This document shows, piece after piece, positions 26,252 to 39,391 of a DNA stretch of 64,000 nucleotides. How positions within the stretch are numbered: the stretch's first letter is position 1; every line of letters starts with the position of its first letter. Origin of the DNA: Neodothiora populina. Lineage: Eukaryota. The notes below the pieces were generated by a model, which was given only the letters and a program-made list of their open reading frames with translations, was not told the origin of the DNA and made no database searches. Location: contig NW_027191410.1 in the NCBI RefSeq assembly GCF_041146345.1, forward strand, positions 124,001 to 188,000, given 5' to 3'. Made by a program: the position numbers and the translations under genes.

Positions 26252-26835
26252 TATCGGTACGGTGCGGTTTCCAACATATTCTCCCGATCAAGTGTATGGA
26301 GAAAGACCAGAGAGAATGGTGCTGAATCTTGCATTGTTGCCATGTGCTTGCGACAACATCGACTACTGAAAGTGAGGTGCATACAGTGCCAAGACCTCGG
26401 CTTGTGGTGGCCGAGGCCGGTTATCTTGGTGCTGTACCTCATTACTGCGTCTGTACTTCAAGGGCTTGGGTTTGGGTTTCACATGCCAACGACTGTGCCG
26501 TATTCACTAAGGTCAGTTTACCCAGGTCAGCTACGAAGGGTTCGATCAACAGATCAGTGTAGCATGCAAAGTATTCGATGTGACACGAATATATGTCTGG
26601 AAATCAGAGGTGTATAAGTGCAGAGGTAGGTATCATGTGATCCACTTTCGCGTGAAAGATCGCGTCTCCACGCGACCGTGCATTTGTTATCCAATGTCAT
26701 AATTCAATCTTATTGTTTACTCGAATAATTCGATTGCATACATTTGCCACCGCCGGCCAGACTATCAGCATATACTATCTGACACTAGCATACTCGATCC
26801 ATTCGGTGTTCGAGTCTATCGAAGTCTGAGTATCA

Positions 26836-27914
26836 ATGAACCTGTTGGCTCGATTCCTGCATACTGCTGCCCAGAGTATCGAAACAGCACCGGCGACAAC
26901 AACTACCCTACCGGAGCGTCAAGCGTCCACGCGCAAACGAAAGCGCAGCGTTGATACCAATGCGTCAAGCCCTGACAATGCTTCCTGCAAACGTGTCTTA
27001 CGTCTCGCCTCACCAACGCCTCCTGCCTCAACACCCCCGGAGGATCTTCCAAATCCCGAAGAAGACTATGGTGATCACCATTGGCAATCCCATGTTGTTA
27101 GGTATCCATTCCCTCATCTACCTCGATGTATTGTAGTCATAGTCCTCAAGTGCTGAACTCAAGAATCAGCAAACTCATAGCATTATCCACGGAGACAATC
27201 CCTTTGATCTCCGAGCGAGGAACGCGCAAGTTCTTTGTCCACAAGGAATTACTAGCCTACTATTCCTCCCATTACCGGGCGATTCTGAATTCTCCACAGC
27301 CATGCTCGGATGAGGGTCTCGCGAAGGGCAGTCGCTACGTGATTGTCAAAACGACACAAGCAGCTTTGGCAATTTTCACGAAATGGCTGTACACCCGGGA
27401 TCTCAGTCTGCCGGATAAGCAATCACTTGGAGCATCTTTCATATCGGTTGCAGGAAGTAACGTAGGTGGGAATCATGACGGCCCGGACAGCTGTCCCAGC
27501 GATAAGTGGGGAAGGGACTTGCTGCATCTCTACCTTTTCGCTTCAATGACCGACATGTTATCGTTACAGAGGGATGTCATGGACGCTCTACAGAGTCTAC
27601 ATCAGGCGCAGCAGACCTGGTTCCCGGATTATGGCATGCTTGAGCATTTATACTTCTATCTGCCCCCTGAATCTCCTATTCTTGGGTTCCTTGTGGACGT
27701 CTTCGTGTCTCATGGCCCCTTTGGTACTGATGAAGGGATCGACGAACGAGCTCCACGAGAGTTCCTGTTTGCCGTCATCACTGGGCAGGCTAAACGGGTC
27801 AAGATTCTTCGTCATGGCCTAAGAGAGAGCCAACTCATGTGCTGTGGTGAAGCATGCGCTTTCCACTGCCATGAGAATGCACGGGAAAGAGCTGCTAGTG
27901 CGTGTTACCTCTGA
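26836..27914 (+). CDS. BTB/POZ-domain protein of unknown function
   Basis: KFFVHKELLAYYSSHYRAIL...IFTKWLYT...LLHLYLFA...LQRDVMDAL is a typical fungal BTB pattern. Probable intron at about 27103-27163 and an NLS-like TRKRKR. Confidence 0.7.
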
Positions 27915-28315
27915 TCATCGTTGATGTATGTTGTTAGCTAACCAGCAATAGCTTGTGGGATATCCAATACATCCACCAAAACACTACAGATTGATAGCGA
28001 TGAAGACAGTGATGGCGACGAGCATGATCGCCAAATCCAACCACCCCAGCATTAGAAGATCCACCCTTTGATGTTCGAGTCTTGTCCTCAATCTGCAGTA
28101 AGTCCTGTATCAGGGCACACCGGATTCTCCGGATCAAGACAGAACACGGAGTACAAAAAGTCGTGGCAGTCCAGCAGATCTATAACCTTATTTATCCCGG
28201 CTGTAGATAATCAGAACGACCAGCATCATTCTTCCAATCGACACACCGGTACACGTATAGATCACGAACGCAATATGTAACAAGACAGGTATCCACTATT
28301 CGTCTCTCGTTATGG

Positions 28316-29710
28316 CTAACGGGCTACGAAGTACTTGCTAAACTCAGCATCTTCCTTCAACAACTCCTGTTCACGACTGGGAAGTGCAACGAAAACTTCA
28401 TATTTCCTCGAGGATGAGCCGACGTCGCAATTTGGAAAGATGAAGACGATCTTCTGCGATGGGGTCATCGTCCTGATGGCTTTAGGCGCTCCAAAGCCAA
28501 AGTCATACTCCCTAGTTTGGACCGAGGACCAGCTCGTGAGAACGAGATCCCTACCCGTGAAATCCATGTTGAAGACCAGACTCTCATCAGGTCCAAGCCG
28601 ACTGCGCAGCGCGGCCACTTCTGTGACGGAGCTCACCTTGACATTTTCGATCGATCGGCGAATGGCGAACGCAGTGGCCCATACTCCATCGTCTTGCAAC
28701 ACAACGGATGGTTCCAGAGGTCCTACTCGCGCCACATTGACGGCGTTGCCAAAGTAGGTCTGAGGGACTTGTGACTTGAAGCGATCATGGCGAAGATCGA
28801 TCGAGTGGACGAAGCTTATCGGTTTTGTTTTTTCGTCGCCCGAGTCAAGCGTCATCCGGGCCCTCGAGATACCTCGCCACAAAATTGCACATATACAGTC
28901 ATAAGTCGAAATGTATCCTTTACTATGATCAGCACCCGGACCGGATTTAAGGACCCCGATCATAAGGTCGTTCGTTGAGTATATGACTCCTGTGATCTTA
29001 TCCGTGGGCTGTCCCACTTTCGATTTGGTAGTAGCCTCTGTTTTCAGCGCAGAGAGGTCAACAATCCGATAGTCCAATACACGTTTCGACAGCTCGTCCT
29101 TTGACGCCTCCTTGAGATCAGCCGATCCGTCAAAGAGACTTCGGCCGAAGTTCACATCGTAATTCGGCAGTGCTTGATTTTGAATGTGGGCTTTGCCGCC
29201 TCTGCAGCATAACGAAATGAACGCGTCTATAGCCGACATATCTGCTATCAGGTGAGTGATTGCCATGACGAATATCGCCCCTCCGTCTATGACATTCAGC
29301 TGAGCGAAACAGACAGGCCTCGGCAATTTTCCCGGCTCCCACACCTCTGGAGGCAATAGGAGTTTGTGGTCCAAATCGTCAGGATGAAACGAGTTCTGTG
29401 CAAGAACACTCAAAGACTTGTGTTCTTCAGCACTCAGCGCCCGCGTGTTCAGTCTCAATTTTGCGTCTGCAGCTACGATAATGGACGGATTCTCAAGGCC
29501 GTCATAGGTTAAGTTTCCCTTGACGATAGGGATCTGCTCAGCGGCATTTTCGATGCCGATAGTCAATGCTTCGAGCGCGGCTCCGGTATTTGTTCCTTGT
29601 GGCAGTTCGTAGATGATGAAGAACTTCATTATGAGGTCGGGCATGGTCTTGTCGATACCGGACAATTCGTAGGTCGTCGTTCCATCACTGGGTGCCGCAT
29701 GCGCCATCAT
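28316..29710 (-). CDS. BAHD/Tri101-like CoA-dependent acyltransferase
   Basis: Intronless 464-aa ORF with HxxxD (HLIAD), YFGNAV and DFGFG motifs. Confidence 0.88.
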   Translation of the reverse strand: MMAHAAPSDGTTTYELSGIDKTMPDLIMKFFIIYELPQGTNTGAALEALTIGIENAAEQIPIVKGNLTYDGLENPSIIVAADAKLRLNTRALSAEEHKSLSVLAQNSFHPDDLDHKLLLPPEVWEPGKLPRPVCFAQLNVIDGGAIFVMAITHLIADMSAIDAFISLCCRGGKAHIQNQALPNYDVNFGRSLFDGSADLKEASKDELSKRVLDYRIVDLSALKTEATTKSKVGQPTDKITGVIYSTNDLMIGVLKSGPGADHSKGYISTYDCICAILWRGISRARMTLDSGDEKTKPISFVHSIDLRHDRFKSQVPQTYFGNAVNVARVGPLEPSVVLQDDGVWATAFAIRRSIENVKVSSVTEVAALRSRLGPDESLVFNMDFTGRDLVLTSWSSVQTREYDFGFGAPKAIRTMTPSQKIVFIFPNCDVGSSSRKYEVFVALPSREQELLKEDAEFSKYFVAR

Positions 29711-30193
29711 TGCTCATGTATTTCTGTGACGATAATCTTTTGTGACCTTTTTGTGAACCAAAACCACTTCCAACACTTCCTGGAACACTCGAGGTTCACA
29801 TCGTCTATATAGTCCTTCCAATCGCAACCCATCAACCTCAATGTCGCGAACGAAGAATTACATGAGAAGTACAAAGTACAATGATTCCCCAGACGCCGCC
29901 CCCAGAAACGGCAAGTATAACGTGCCCGCCTGTCAGGCCCCGCTTTGTTCATCCGTTCGGTTGTTCGCCTCTCGACTACGTTGCTTGGCGTACTGTACTG
30001 TGTCTGATTTCTGACACCGCTTGTTACGGGACACCGCTGATCATCCACCTGGACAGTCTACATGCGTAAGCTTATTGTTTCAAGATCCGAAATGGTGTGG
30101 TTCGTACGGGATACAGGGCGAGTATAAGGAACAGTAAGTACGATTCTTATGTTCCATCGCCTTGGTGTGCATCATACAGAGGAACTCGATCTT

Positions 30194-30380
30194 AGTCATT
30201 GATCTTTTGCTGGGCAGTTATTGGCCATTTACTGGGTGGTCGTTCACTATTCGTCAAGGGTTCATTGACGGTTCGTGCGCCAGTCATTCGCTGCTCGCTG
30301 AGGAGTCATTGACCATTCATCGGGGAATCCAAGACTGTTCATCATGGAGTCATTGCATACTCATTATGGAGTTATTGATT
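30194..30380 (+). repeat. Degenerate 22-bp tandem array A (about 8.5 units, consensus approx. AGTCATTGACYRTTCRTCRNGG)
   Basis: Units start at 30194, 30216, 30238, 30260, 30282, 30304, 30326, 30348 and 30370 with no indels. Examples: agtcattgaccattcatcgggg and agtcattgcatactcattatgg. Confidence 0.85.
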
Positions 30381-30547
30381 GAATACGAGCTCTTTTGTAT
30401 GCGTCAGTACGTGTTGTGGATATCCACGGAGCAAGTCGATTCGGATCATGGCGTTTAAGTGTGAAGAGCATCTGAGCCAACGGTATAGAACCAGACGAGT
30501 ATTACGTACGAACATGCCTTGTATGAGCCAGCCTCTTCCTCGACTGC

Positions 30548-31504
30548 TCAGGCAGCACTCCCAGCCTTGAGTTTCTGTGCCAGTTCCGCATACGACCCTC
30601 CACGTATATCCTCCAATATCCCCACTTCCTTAGGCAGCCACCCAAGTTCCTCCATAGCCCTGGCACTAGACGCCTTGTTTTCAGCACTCAAGAACCTAGC
30701 GAAGAACGTCCCTACACCCGATGCCGCAATATCAAATGGTATGCCGACGGCGGGAACGCCCAAGGTAGCCGCCATCGCCTCCCCCAGCTGACGAAAAGTT
30801 GGGTGATGCCCCGTAGTAGCATTGTATGCCCCATCAGCAGTCCCGCTTCTCGCAATCAGCAGATACAGTCTTGCAGCGTCATCGACATGAACCGTCGACG
30901 TGTGCAGACAGCCGTCGTCGACATACATCACCTGACCGGCAGGAAGAGACACGTTCATGAGCAGACGGACACCACTGCCTCCTCTGCCGTAGACGAATGG
31001 CGCAAGACGTACGACGCAGACTCTGATGCCTTTATCGCGAAGTGAAAGTATGTGTTTCTCGGATTCTATTCGTCCGTTCAGAGGATCCTGCTGCAGAGGA
31101 CTCGTCTCTGTCGTTACTGCACCATCGGGGTCAGGCGCGGTGACTAGGCTCCCAGAAGTGCCTATGAAGAGCTTCTTTGAGCCTTCTAGACCTTTCGCTA
31201 TCGCGTCGACGGCAGCAGCATCGGTCTTTAGCACGATAGAGAAGTCGGCGGTGTGGTCGTCTGTGAGACTATCTGCTAGGTGTATCACGATATCCGCTGC
31301 TGCGGCCTCTCGAGTCAGAACTTCCAAGGAGCTGAGGTCGCCGCGGACGGGCACAGCACCAAGAGAGAGAAGTTTTGCATCGGCAGCTTCGCTTCTGGAT
31401 AGAGCGTGGACGACATAACCTCCGGAGATTGCTAGCCTGGTCACGGTGGAACCTATGTAGCCTGAGGCTCCTGTAGCGAATATACGGACGCTCGGGGGAG
31501 TCAT
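30548..31504 (-). CDS. NAD-dependent epimerase/dehydratase (atypical SDR)
   Basis: Rossmann motif IFATGASGYIG, VIHLA, VVRLAPFVYGRGG and TVHVDDAARLY. Intronless. Confidence 0.88.
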   Translation of the reverse strand: MTPPSVRIFATGASGYIGSTVTRLAISGGYVVHALSRSEAADAKLLSLGAVPVRGDLSSLEVLTREAAAADIVIHLADSLTDDHTADFSIVLKTDAAAVDAIAKGLEGSKKLFIGTSGSLVTAPDPDGAVTTETSPLQQDPLNGRIESEKHILSLRDKGIRVCVVRLAPFVYGRGGSGVRLLMNVSLPAGQVMYVDDGCLHTSTVHVDDAARLYLLIARSGTADGAYNATTGHHPTFRQLGEAMAATLGVPAVGIPFDIAASGVGTFFARFLSAENKASSARAMEELGWLPKEVGILEDIRGGSYAELAQKLKAGSAA

Positions 31505-32075
31505 TGGTGTCCGGTGGCAACGTCCACTTTCGCACTCTCTAGTCCTTCTGCTGTCTTATGCGACATGCTAGCCTGTCTGGTACTCTGCTCCTTGCCTACC
31601 TTTATATCTTTCTGTTGATTGTTGCATGATAGAACCGATCAGCAGGGAAGAGCATCCTGTGACGGAGTTTGTGTTGACCATGTCGGACTTAGGATTTAAT
31701 TTGATATGATGCTGGATTTAGCGGATATATCAGCCATGCTGGAACTTTACCACCATCGAAGACCCGCTATCTATACTGTACATCGAGGGAGGATCGCTAT
31801 GTCTTGGGTGACGGCATATCGGCGTGACAGTCGCCGTGATGTCTCGACTGACTATGCGAAAGAGTCGGCTTCTGGGATCCATTGCCCGCTTTGATGCTAG
31901 GAGACATTGTGCAGCTGCGACATATACTGGGTGCGAAAGAGCAGGCTCGAGAGAAGCACGCTTATTCCTAGTCCTTGCTGGACGGATTGAGGACACCAGA
32001 TAGCATGTCAAAGGTGATTTGTGTAACTTTTCGGGGCTGGGATCTTCACGTTCGGCTTCCCACTCTATTCTAGAT

Positions 32076-35000
32076 TTACATGATCCCTAGTGCGCCAAAC
32101 GCGTTCACAACATCCTTGTCGACGTTGACTAGCCAGTCATTCTGGAACGAGTCTTGTCCACCGCAGCCCTCGATTGCTAGCTGCAAGTAATGTCGTATCC
32201 ATTGTGGCGTGCGAATCGAACGGACAGGGTCCGAGAAAGTCATGAAACGCCTGCGCATTTCCTCAGGCGCCTCCGGGACGTCGGGATCGAGAGTTTTGAG
32301 CTCATCCGGATTTTCAAAGACCAGCGAGTCTGCGTTAGGGTTGTTCGAATTGGCAGCATTGTCGTCTCTCAATTCGGCGACTAGGTCTGTCCACATATTC
32401 ATGAGGAGCTGGAGCTGAGAAAGGATAAATGGCTGCGAAGTCGAGAGGAGCTTAGTCAGTGCCATTGTCATCAGCTTACGGCGCGATGGATCGCCGATGT
32501 TATCGAAATGACTGAACCACTCCTCCAGCAGCCACTTCATCGATGTATCGAGGGACGGAGTGACGCCGTCGGTCGCAGGCGCTGCGGCCTGCACGGCTTG
32601 CAGAAATACAGACTCGGAGCCCAAGACGATGCGTGCCAGAACTGAGAAATAATCGGTCTCCACGACGCCGTCAACTTTGGGTTCTGAAGCAAGTGGTCCT
32701 GTCGTACAGTGTGCAGTCCAACTGCTTCGCAGGCCCTCCAATTGCTTAGCCAGGAAGCCAGACTCAACGAGATCTCCCGTCACTGTGCGCAGTGCATCCT
32801 CTCCACCAAGGCCTTCTGCAGCACGTAAGATGATTTCGACAAGATTGTTGACAAGGCCACTAGCATCCGGCCTCAGTCCTTCGAGTAGAGTAGATAGAGA
32901 GGCAATCATCGGTTTGCGCATCTGGTCTGAGAGCATGTGTTCCGGGGCGAGAAGAAAGTACGATTGGGAAATTTCGAGACCAGTGCGTAAATTCTCCGAG
33001 TCAAGCTGGAAGACAGATAGCAAATAGGGAGCAAGGCTCAAAAGGTCTGCAGAGGCTGGTGCTGGTGTTTGTACAAGTATTGAAGCCCAAAGATCCATAG
33101 CATCGTCAAGCAGATAGATTCGAGTGTCTGACTCTGGTTGGATCGCGCCTTTAATGATAGGAAGTACGAGGGAATGGAAAGGAACCGAATCTGCCTTCAT
33201 AGCGTTGACAAGTCGAGCTAGTATTGTGAGTATAGCTTGCTTCATCAAGTGCTCGTCACCCGACTGCTCCCAAAGCGGGGGTAGCAAGGTGATGATACGC
33301 TCTGCGTACGGTGCAATGTGATGCTCGAGTCGCTCTACCATAACACTGATGGTATTTAGCAAGGCCATTTTCGTCTCCGTTAGCTCTACATTTTGGATCA
33401 ATTGCATCAGGCGAGTCATGATCGTTTCTGCGTATGGTAAGAATGCCTCGGGGCCAAATTCCCAATCATCAACGATGTTCTTGAATTGGCGCCCAGCTGT
33501 CACCCGTACAACTTGATCATTACAAGCATCGCTGGGATCGAGAAGATGCTGGAAGATCTGATAAACCAGCGGGCGGTTCTCATTGGATACCTGGATTGAT
33601 ATCCATTGACCTAGAAGTATTGCAATCCGCCTACGAAGTATGTTAAACCCAGGCTGCTGCTTTTGAACTTCAGAAACCAAGGTGGAAGCAAGGAAGTTGT
33701 TGAAGTCGAGATACTTGTGAAGTACCGCCGCTGCAAGGCCGATGGCAGTATAGACCGAGTCTTTCAGCAACACATCTTCATTCGCGGACGCTGCAATTCG
33801 CGTTAGTGGGTGATCTCAAGCTTAGGGTGCAGCAACTCACAGCCAACTTGGTTGAAGACAACCAGCAGCGGCTCCACAACAATGTCTCGATAATTTAGAG
33901 CAATGTCCATGAATAATTTTTCAGCACACGGACGAATGCTGAATTCGAATCCTTCTCCTTCGCTTTCCATACTGTGCTCCCACTCTTCAGGCTCTTCTTC
34001 CCATTCCCGAAGGTCGCTTGCACGGAACACAAAAAACTTCGTAACTACGGTTTCCATCACTTCCTGTACAAATGAAGTACTGAGCAGATTGTCTTTAAGA
34101 GCTTGAGTTGCCACGGCCTTTTCTTCCTTTTCTTGATTGTGTCGATATTTGAAGGTTTGTGCAGGATTGAACACCATCTTGATGCAAGCACGAACGAGGG
34201 ACAATGCCTTCAAACTGAGCTTCTCTTGGAAGGTCCGCTCATCCCTCTGGTCACCATTGGAGCCAATAGTGGCACTTGTGACCGCCGTCTTCGAGCCGAA
34301 TGTCTCTCCAAATTGCTTGACGAGCATCCAATATGAACGGACAAGGTCTAAAGAGTCCGGCAATATGACGAAAGCCACTGGATGAGACTTGGCCATTTCT
34401 AAGTGGAGCTTGGAAAGTTGCAGTAGATGCTTCTCTACAAGCTGGAGAACATCCTCTGGGAGCGCGCCCTGACTTGAGATCATACCAATGAATGCACCTA
34501 CTTGTGATGACGTCAATTGCCAGAAGTTATGGACCTCGGACTCGCGATTGGGAAACTCATAACCGGAAATCATGAGCCGTCGCAAGACTTTTATCGCCAG
34601 AAGACTGACTTGCATGTCTGTCTCAATAGTAGACCGATCACCATTGCTATTAGTGAGTGCCGTCTGCCATGAATGTACTCTTTGCACGTAGATCTGACCA
34701 AGTACTTGAACAACCTCAGGGGCTATCGCGATGAGACTTTGACGAGTGCGAAGTAAACGGCCAGTAGCGAGCTCCTTGGTGATTTGCAGCAGTATCAGTA
34801 ATGCTCGAGGAAGGCCCAAAGAGCTTGGGCCTGGCTGGGAATACGCTCTAAGGGCATCGATGACATGGTTGATGGCTTCAGGCCTAAAAGTGTGTAAGCT
34901 GGGCACTGCTATTAAATGGTGCAGTCACTCACCAGTCATTGGGAAACTCGTAGCGCACGACTTTAGCGATCACAAGGGCGTTCTGGAGAGCAAGTCTATG

Positions 35001-35430
35001 GTCTTCTTCCTCTAGACCGCTTCCTATTATGCGTGAGCGGATGACAGCTTTATCTTCTTTATTTACTGCACTAAACTCATGTTAGAATATCGACGGGACA
35101 TGTACTGCATGGACATTCCGAGTGGCGGATCAGGAAAACAATTCATGTCACATCAGAAACATACTTGGTTGCTGTCTTTCTCCAGTATTTGTCTATACCA
35201 TTTTTTAGTTGAATAACAGCCATATATCGCATCTCTATTGGCAATGATCTGTCTACAAAGGCACTCTGAAGGTGCTTGTAGTAACCAGGAGCCCTCTCCC
35301 ATTGCTGCAATTGTTTCGTTCCAGTTTGGATCTGTTGCGGGTTGCTTGATGCAGCGGCTGTCAAAGCATGTAGTAACATTTCCTCATTAAGAGGATTCGC
35401 CTCTCCGGGCAGCTCGAAAGCGAAACTCAT
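32076..35430 (-). CDS. KAP120: Importin-beta family karyopherin, importin-11/Kap120
   Basis: IBN_N region (QLQQWE...AVIQLKNGIDKYWRKTA), AKVVRYEFPNDW, DLREWEEEPEEW and ILRRRIAILLGQW. Four exons. Confidence 0.9.
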
Positions 35431-36138
35431 GTTGTCTGCGGAGTGTATTGCGTTCTGTAAGAACTATGTTGCTGAGAACTTCACTTTCCACCGCTAGTCC
35501 ATATGTCTGGAATGACGCCGACTAAGCGGCTGTGGATCTGAATAACTTCTCACAAGAGCAATGGAATTACGCAGTGGATTTATCTACAGCAAAGTCAATA
35601 ATTAAGGAATTATTGTTTGGAGTTACCGCCAGAAGTCAGTACAGATCTTGGCATCTAAAATTGGCGCACGGCCCACTACCGGAGGCAACAGATATCTACC
35701 TGTCCAGCATGCCCGTCAACTTCTACCCTACTTAGGTAACACAGATATCGTAGCACAACTTCTACGATCCACGAGCTGGGATGCCTCTGATTTTTTAGTA
35801 TCTATCTGAGGTACCGTGAGTTTGTGACGTTTGACTCAATAAGTGAACACACGATGTATCAGAAAAGCAGCTTTCCATTCACAGTATCATGCTGTCGCTA
35901 CGTGGTTTACAAGTACACAATTATGAGCTTGCGTAAGACGACTAAACAGGTCTCTTTCTAACATGAGGAAGGATAGTGTTCATGTCTGAGTTGTGTCTAT
36001 CGTACCTTACGAAAGACATCCAAGTTTGCCTCCTTTCTCACTAACGTGGGTGTAAAGATAATCATTAAATCAGGTCTGTTCATTTCACCTGCTATTGGTC
36101 CTGGTATGACATATTACGGTCGACGTGGCAACTGCTAC

Positions 36139-38097
36139 TTAGTGCTTCTTGGTGCCGCCTTTACTGCCAGCCTCGCCTTTCGCCTCAGGACTTGCTTGAC
36201 TAGGTTCGACCTTTCGAAGCTCTCTATACTCGGGATCCCACATCTGTGCTCGGATCCACTCGTCAAGCTCTTTGTCGTTGTCTGGGATTCCTTCTTGTTG
36301 CGCTAGCTTCTCTTCTACCGCTTTCTTGATCACGGCGGCGGCAATCTTGACGCTGATTTCTCTGACATCAGCGATATCGGGCAAAAGTCCTGCATTTGAG
36401 TCTTGTAGAGCAGGAGCTTGAGCTGCAAGAGCCTTCACAGCAGCCACAATCAACGGCGGCGACAAGAGCTTGGTACGCGACAAGACCGCCCCAAGTCCTA
36501 TGCCAGGGAACGTCGTGCTATTGTTGCATTCGGCGACCTCATATTTGGTTCCGTTATGCTCAACGGGATCAAAAGGAGAACCTGTGGCAATCAGGGCTTT
36601 ACCCTCGGTCCACTTGAAGATGTCTGCCGGGTTGGCTTCATGAAGCTTAGTCGGATTCGAAAGAGGGAAAATGATAGGACGTTCGGTATGCTTTGCCATT
36701 TCCTTCACAACCTCTTCGGTGAAAGCCTTGGGCTTTGTCGAGGTGCCGATGAGAATATGTGGCTTGACCTCTTTAACAACTCCGAGGAGGTCATCGTGCT
36801 TTTTATTGGTCCACTCCGAATCTGGTCTGGCATACGGATGCTGAGCGGGAGTAAGGTCGTCCTTCATCGACTCGAGCAGAACGCCTGGTTTGTCGACGCA
36901 CCTACGATTTGTTAGCTGGTCCGTCGAGATCTTGGCAATGTGTCTACCAGCACATACCAGATTTGCTTGATGGCTTCATCCTTGTGTACGTCAGCCTCCT
37001 CAGCTATTGCATCAGCAACCTGATCCGCAATGCCTGTGCCTGCGGTTCCTGCTCCATACATCAAAATCCGGACGTCCTTCATATCCAGCTGGGCGACTTT
37101 CAAAGCAGCGTAAATTGCTGCTAGCGTGACGGCACCCGTGCCTTGAACATCATCATTAAAGCAAGCGATCTGAGGGGTATACTTGTCGAGAATCCTCCGG
37201 GCATTTGGCAGGCCAAAGTCTTCAAAATGGATATATGCCTTGGGATACTTCTTCCTTGCTGCTTGAATGAAGGTGTTGACAAGTTTGTCATACTTCTCAC
37301 CCCTGACTCGTTCGTGACGGTTGCCTAGATAAAGATCATCCTTCAGCAACTTCTCGTTGTTTGTTCCGCAGTCGAGGACAACTGGTAATGTTCTATGTGG
37401 GTGTATTCCAGCGCACAAGGTATACAGAACAAGCTTTGCGACCGAGATTAGGATGCCTCCCACACCCTGATCTCCAATGCCTAATATCTGTTCGCCATCA
37501 CTGACAACGATAAGATCGATATCATCGGATGAACCCCACTGCGAAATGTCTTGCTCGACTTTCTCGGGCTGGTTCACGCTCAGAAAACACCCTTCTGGGC
37601 GCCTGAAAACCCTTGAGTAGTCGCTTATTGCGTCTCCCTCAGTGGGAGTATACACAACGGGGAACATCTCACGCAGATGTGTTTGTATGACCTGCGGGGC
37701 AAGTTAGTCAAAGGCCTACCACTCTCAACACAGATCCTCGGCGCCGTTCACCTTGTAAAAGAGAACTTGGTTCTGATACTGAAGTGACGAAAGAAATGTG
37801 TTTTTTGCTAGATCACTGGGTCTGGTCGAGTACTGCGCATATGCACGCCGGGTCTGGGTGTCTAAAGTATCTATGGCGGTAGGCAGCAGACCACTGAGCT
37901 CGAACTTCTCTCTCTCCTCAACTGTGAAAGCACTGCCCTTGTTCAAGTAGGGCGAGTTGAGAAGGGCGTTGCCCTATGAGGCTGTCAATCATCGCAAATC
38001 ACAGATAAGATGGTCGTTGTTTCGCACATACCGTGAGAGCGCAGTCCAATGGCTTGTTGGTTGCCAACGGGAGATGGTTGAACTTATTGGACGTCAT
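36139..38097 (-). CDS. NAD(P)-dependent malic enzyme
   Basis: PVVYTPTEG, VSDGEQILGIGDQG, IHFEDFG, FNDDVQGTG, GAGTAGTGIA, FPLSNPT and NNSTTFPGIG. Three introns. Confidence 0.95.
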
Positions 38098-39391
38098 GGC
38101 CTCGGTGAGCTGGAATATCCAGCACGCTGACTGTGTGTTACGCAGTTCACGAAAAGAGGACCCCTCCTTCTTATAAGCAAAGCGCCGTTATGATATGCGC
38201 TGGAATAACATTATCCCGCAATCTGAAGTAGCATCGGACTAGAGCAACACGCAAGCTTGGGAAATCATGCACGAAAGTGAAGTAGATTAGGAAACAGCAC
38301 ACCCATCAAAACTTGATTAAAGTTGCCATTGCTGCCGAGATCCCACCATCCAGGCGTACAAAGCATACTGTAGCTACAGATAGCAGTATGCACTTGCGAT
38401 AGTAGGTAGTCAAGGACAGTAAACCCGCGTACGAATCCTGGCCCATAGCCTAAAAGGCGAACTTTGTGCAGAGGAACTCTGCGACAGTAGTAAAGCTACT
38501 CCAGTGATGCTGCCACGCGCGGCACAAGCACAAGGCTCGAGTTCCGCTCGCAACATGCAGTAATCCGTATACGAGGACGTCTCTTTAGATGATCTAGTAC
38601 TGCATGTCGTTTACCCCACTGTAAAAGCCAGCGTACGACCGCTTCGCAGGCGGACGGACCCTGTCTGATGGATGACCAGATGTGGGATGAATGAACGCCC
38701 TCTGTGGATGTGATATGCACCGTGCCCCACGAATGCGCAAGATTGTTCCGCGGACTGTGGTGGGGCATACAACTCTGCCTCCGTACGTGTACGATATTCG
38801 TAGATTCGGAGAGATCAAGAACGACTTAATTATCGGTCTGCCTATATCGGCAGAGTTCGCATGGATCAGCCAATCTACCATAGATTCGTTGGCCTCGGCT
38901 AAGTAACCTGAAGTAAGGTAAGACTAAGAGAAGAGCGAAGAAAGTCTCTGGTCATACGGATCATTCCGTACAGCACATGTCGGACCGCGGAAATGTTGCC
39001 TGAGTATCACCCGTGTCTCCCCCCACATGCGCATCCTCAGATCCCTCTACAGTAGCGTGGTCTAAACGGTATGCGCACTTCTTGACTTGTGTCTGCGACG
39101 CTCGTTTCGACTCACAAAAATAGTCTTTTATCTTTGTCGTCGCAAGCACAACGTATATACAGAGCATCATACAGAGCATCTGTATAGTCAACACATCTCT
39201 CGGTCGAAGAACTCTTGAACAAACCCGTCTCTTTTGTGTAGTCGTCCGCCCGCTCGTACATCCCGCGGCGCGACTTCAGTTGACAGGTACAAATTACTCC
39301 GTCGATGCGCTGAGCCCAAGGTGTCAACCCGCTGGGTGCCTATAGCCACCTGCGGCCCCTCAGCCTCAGTACCATTTCAATACATCCGGAC

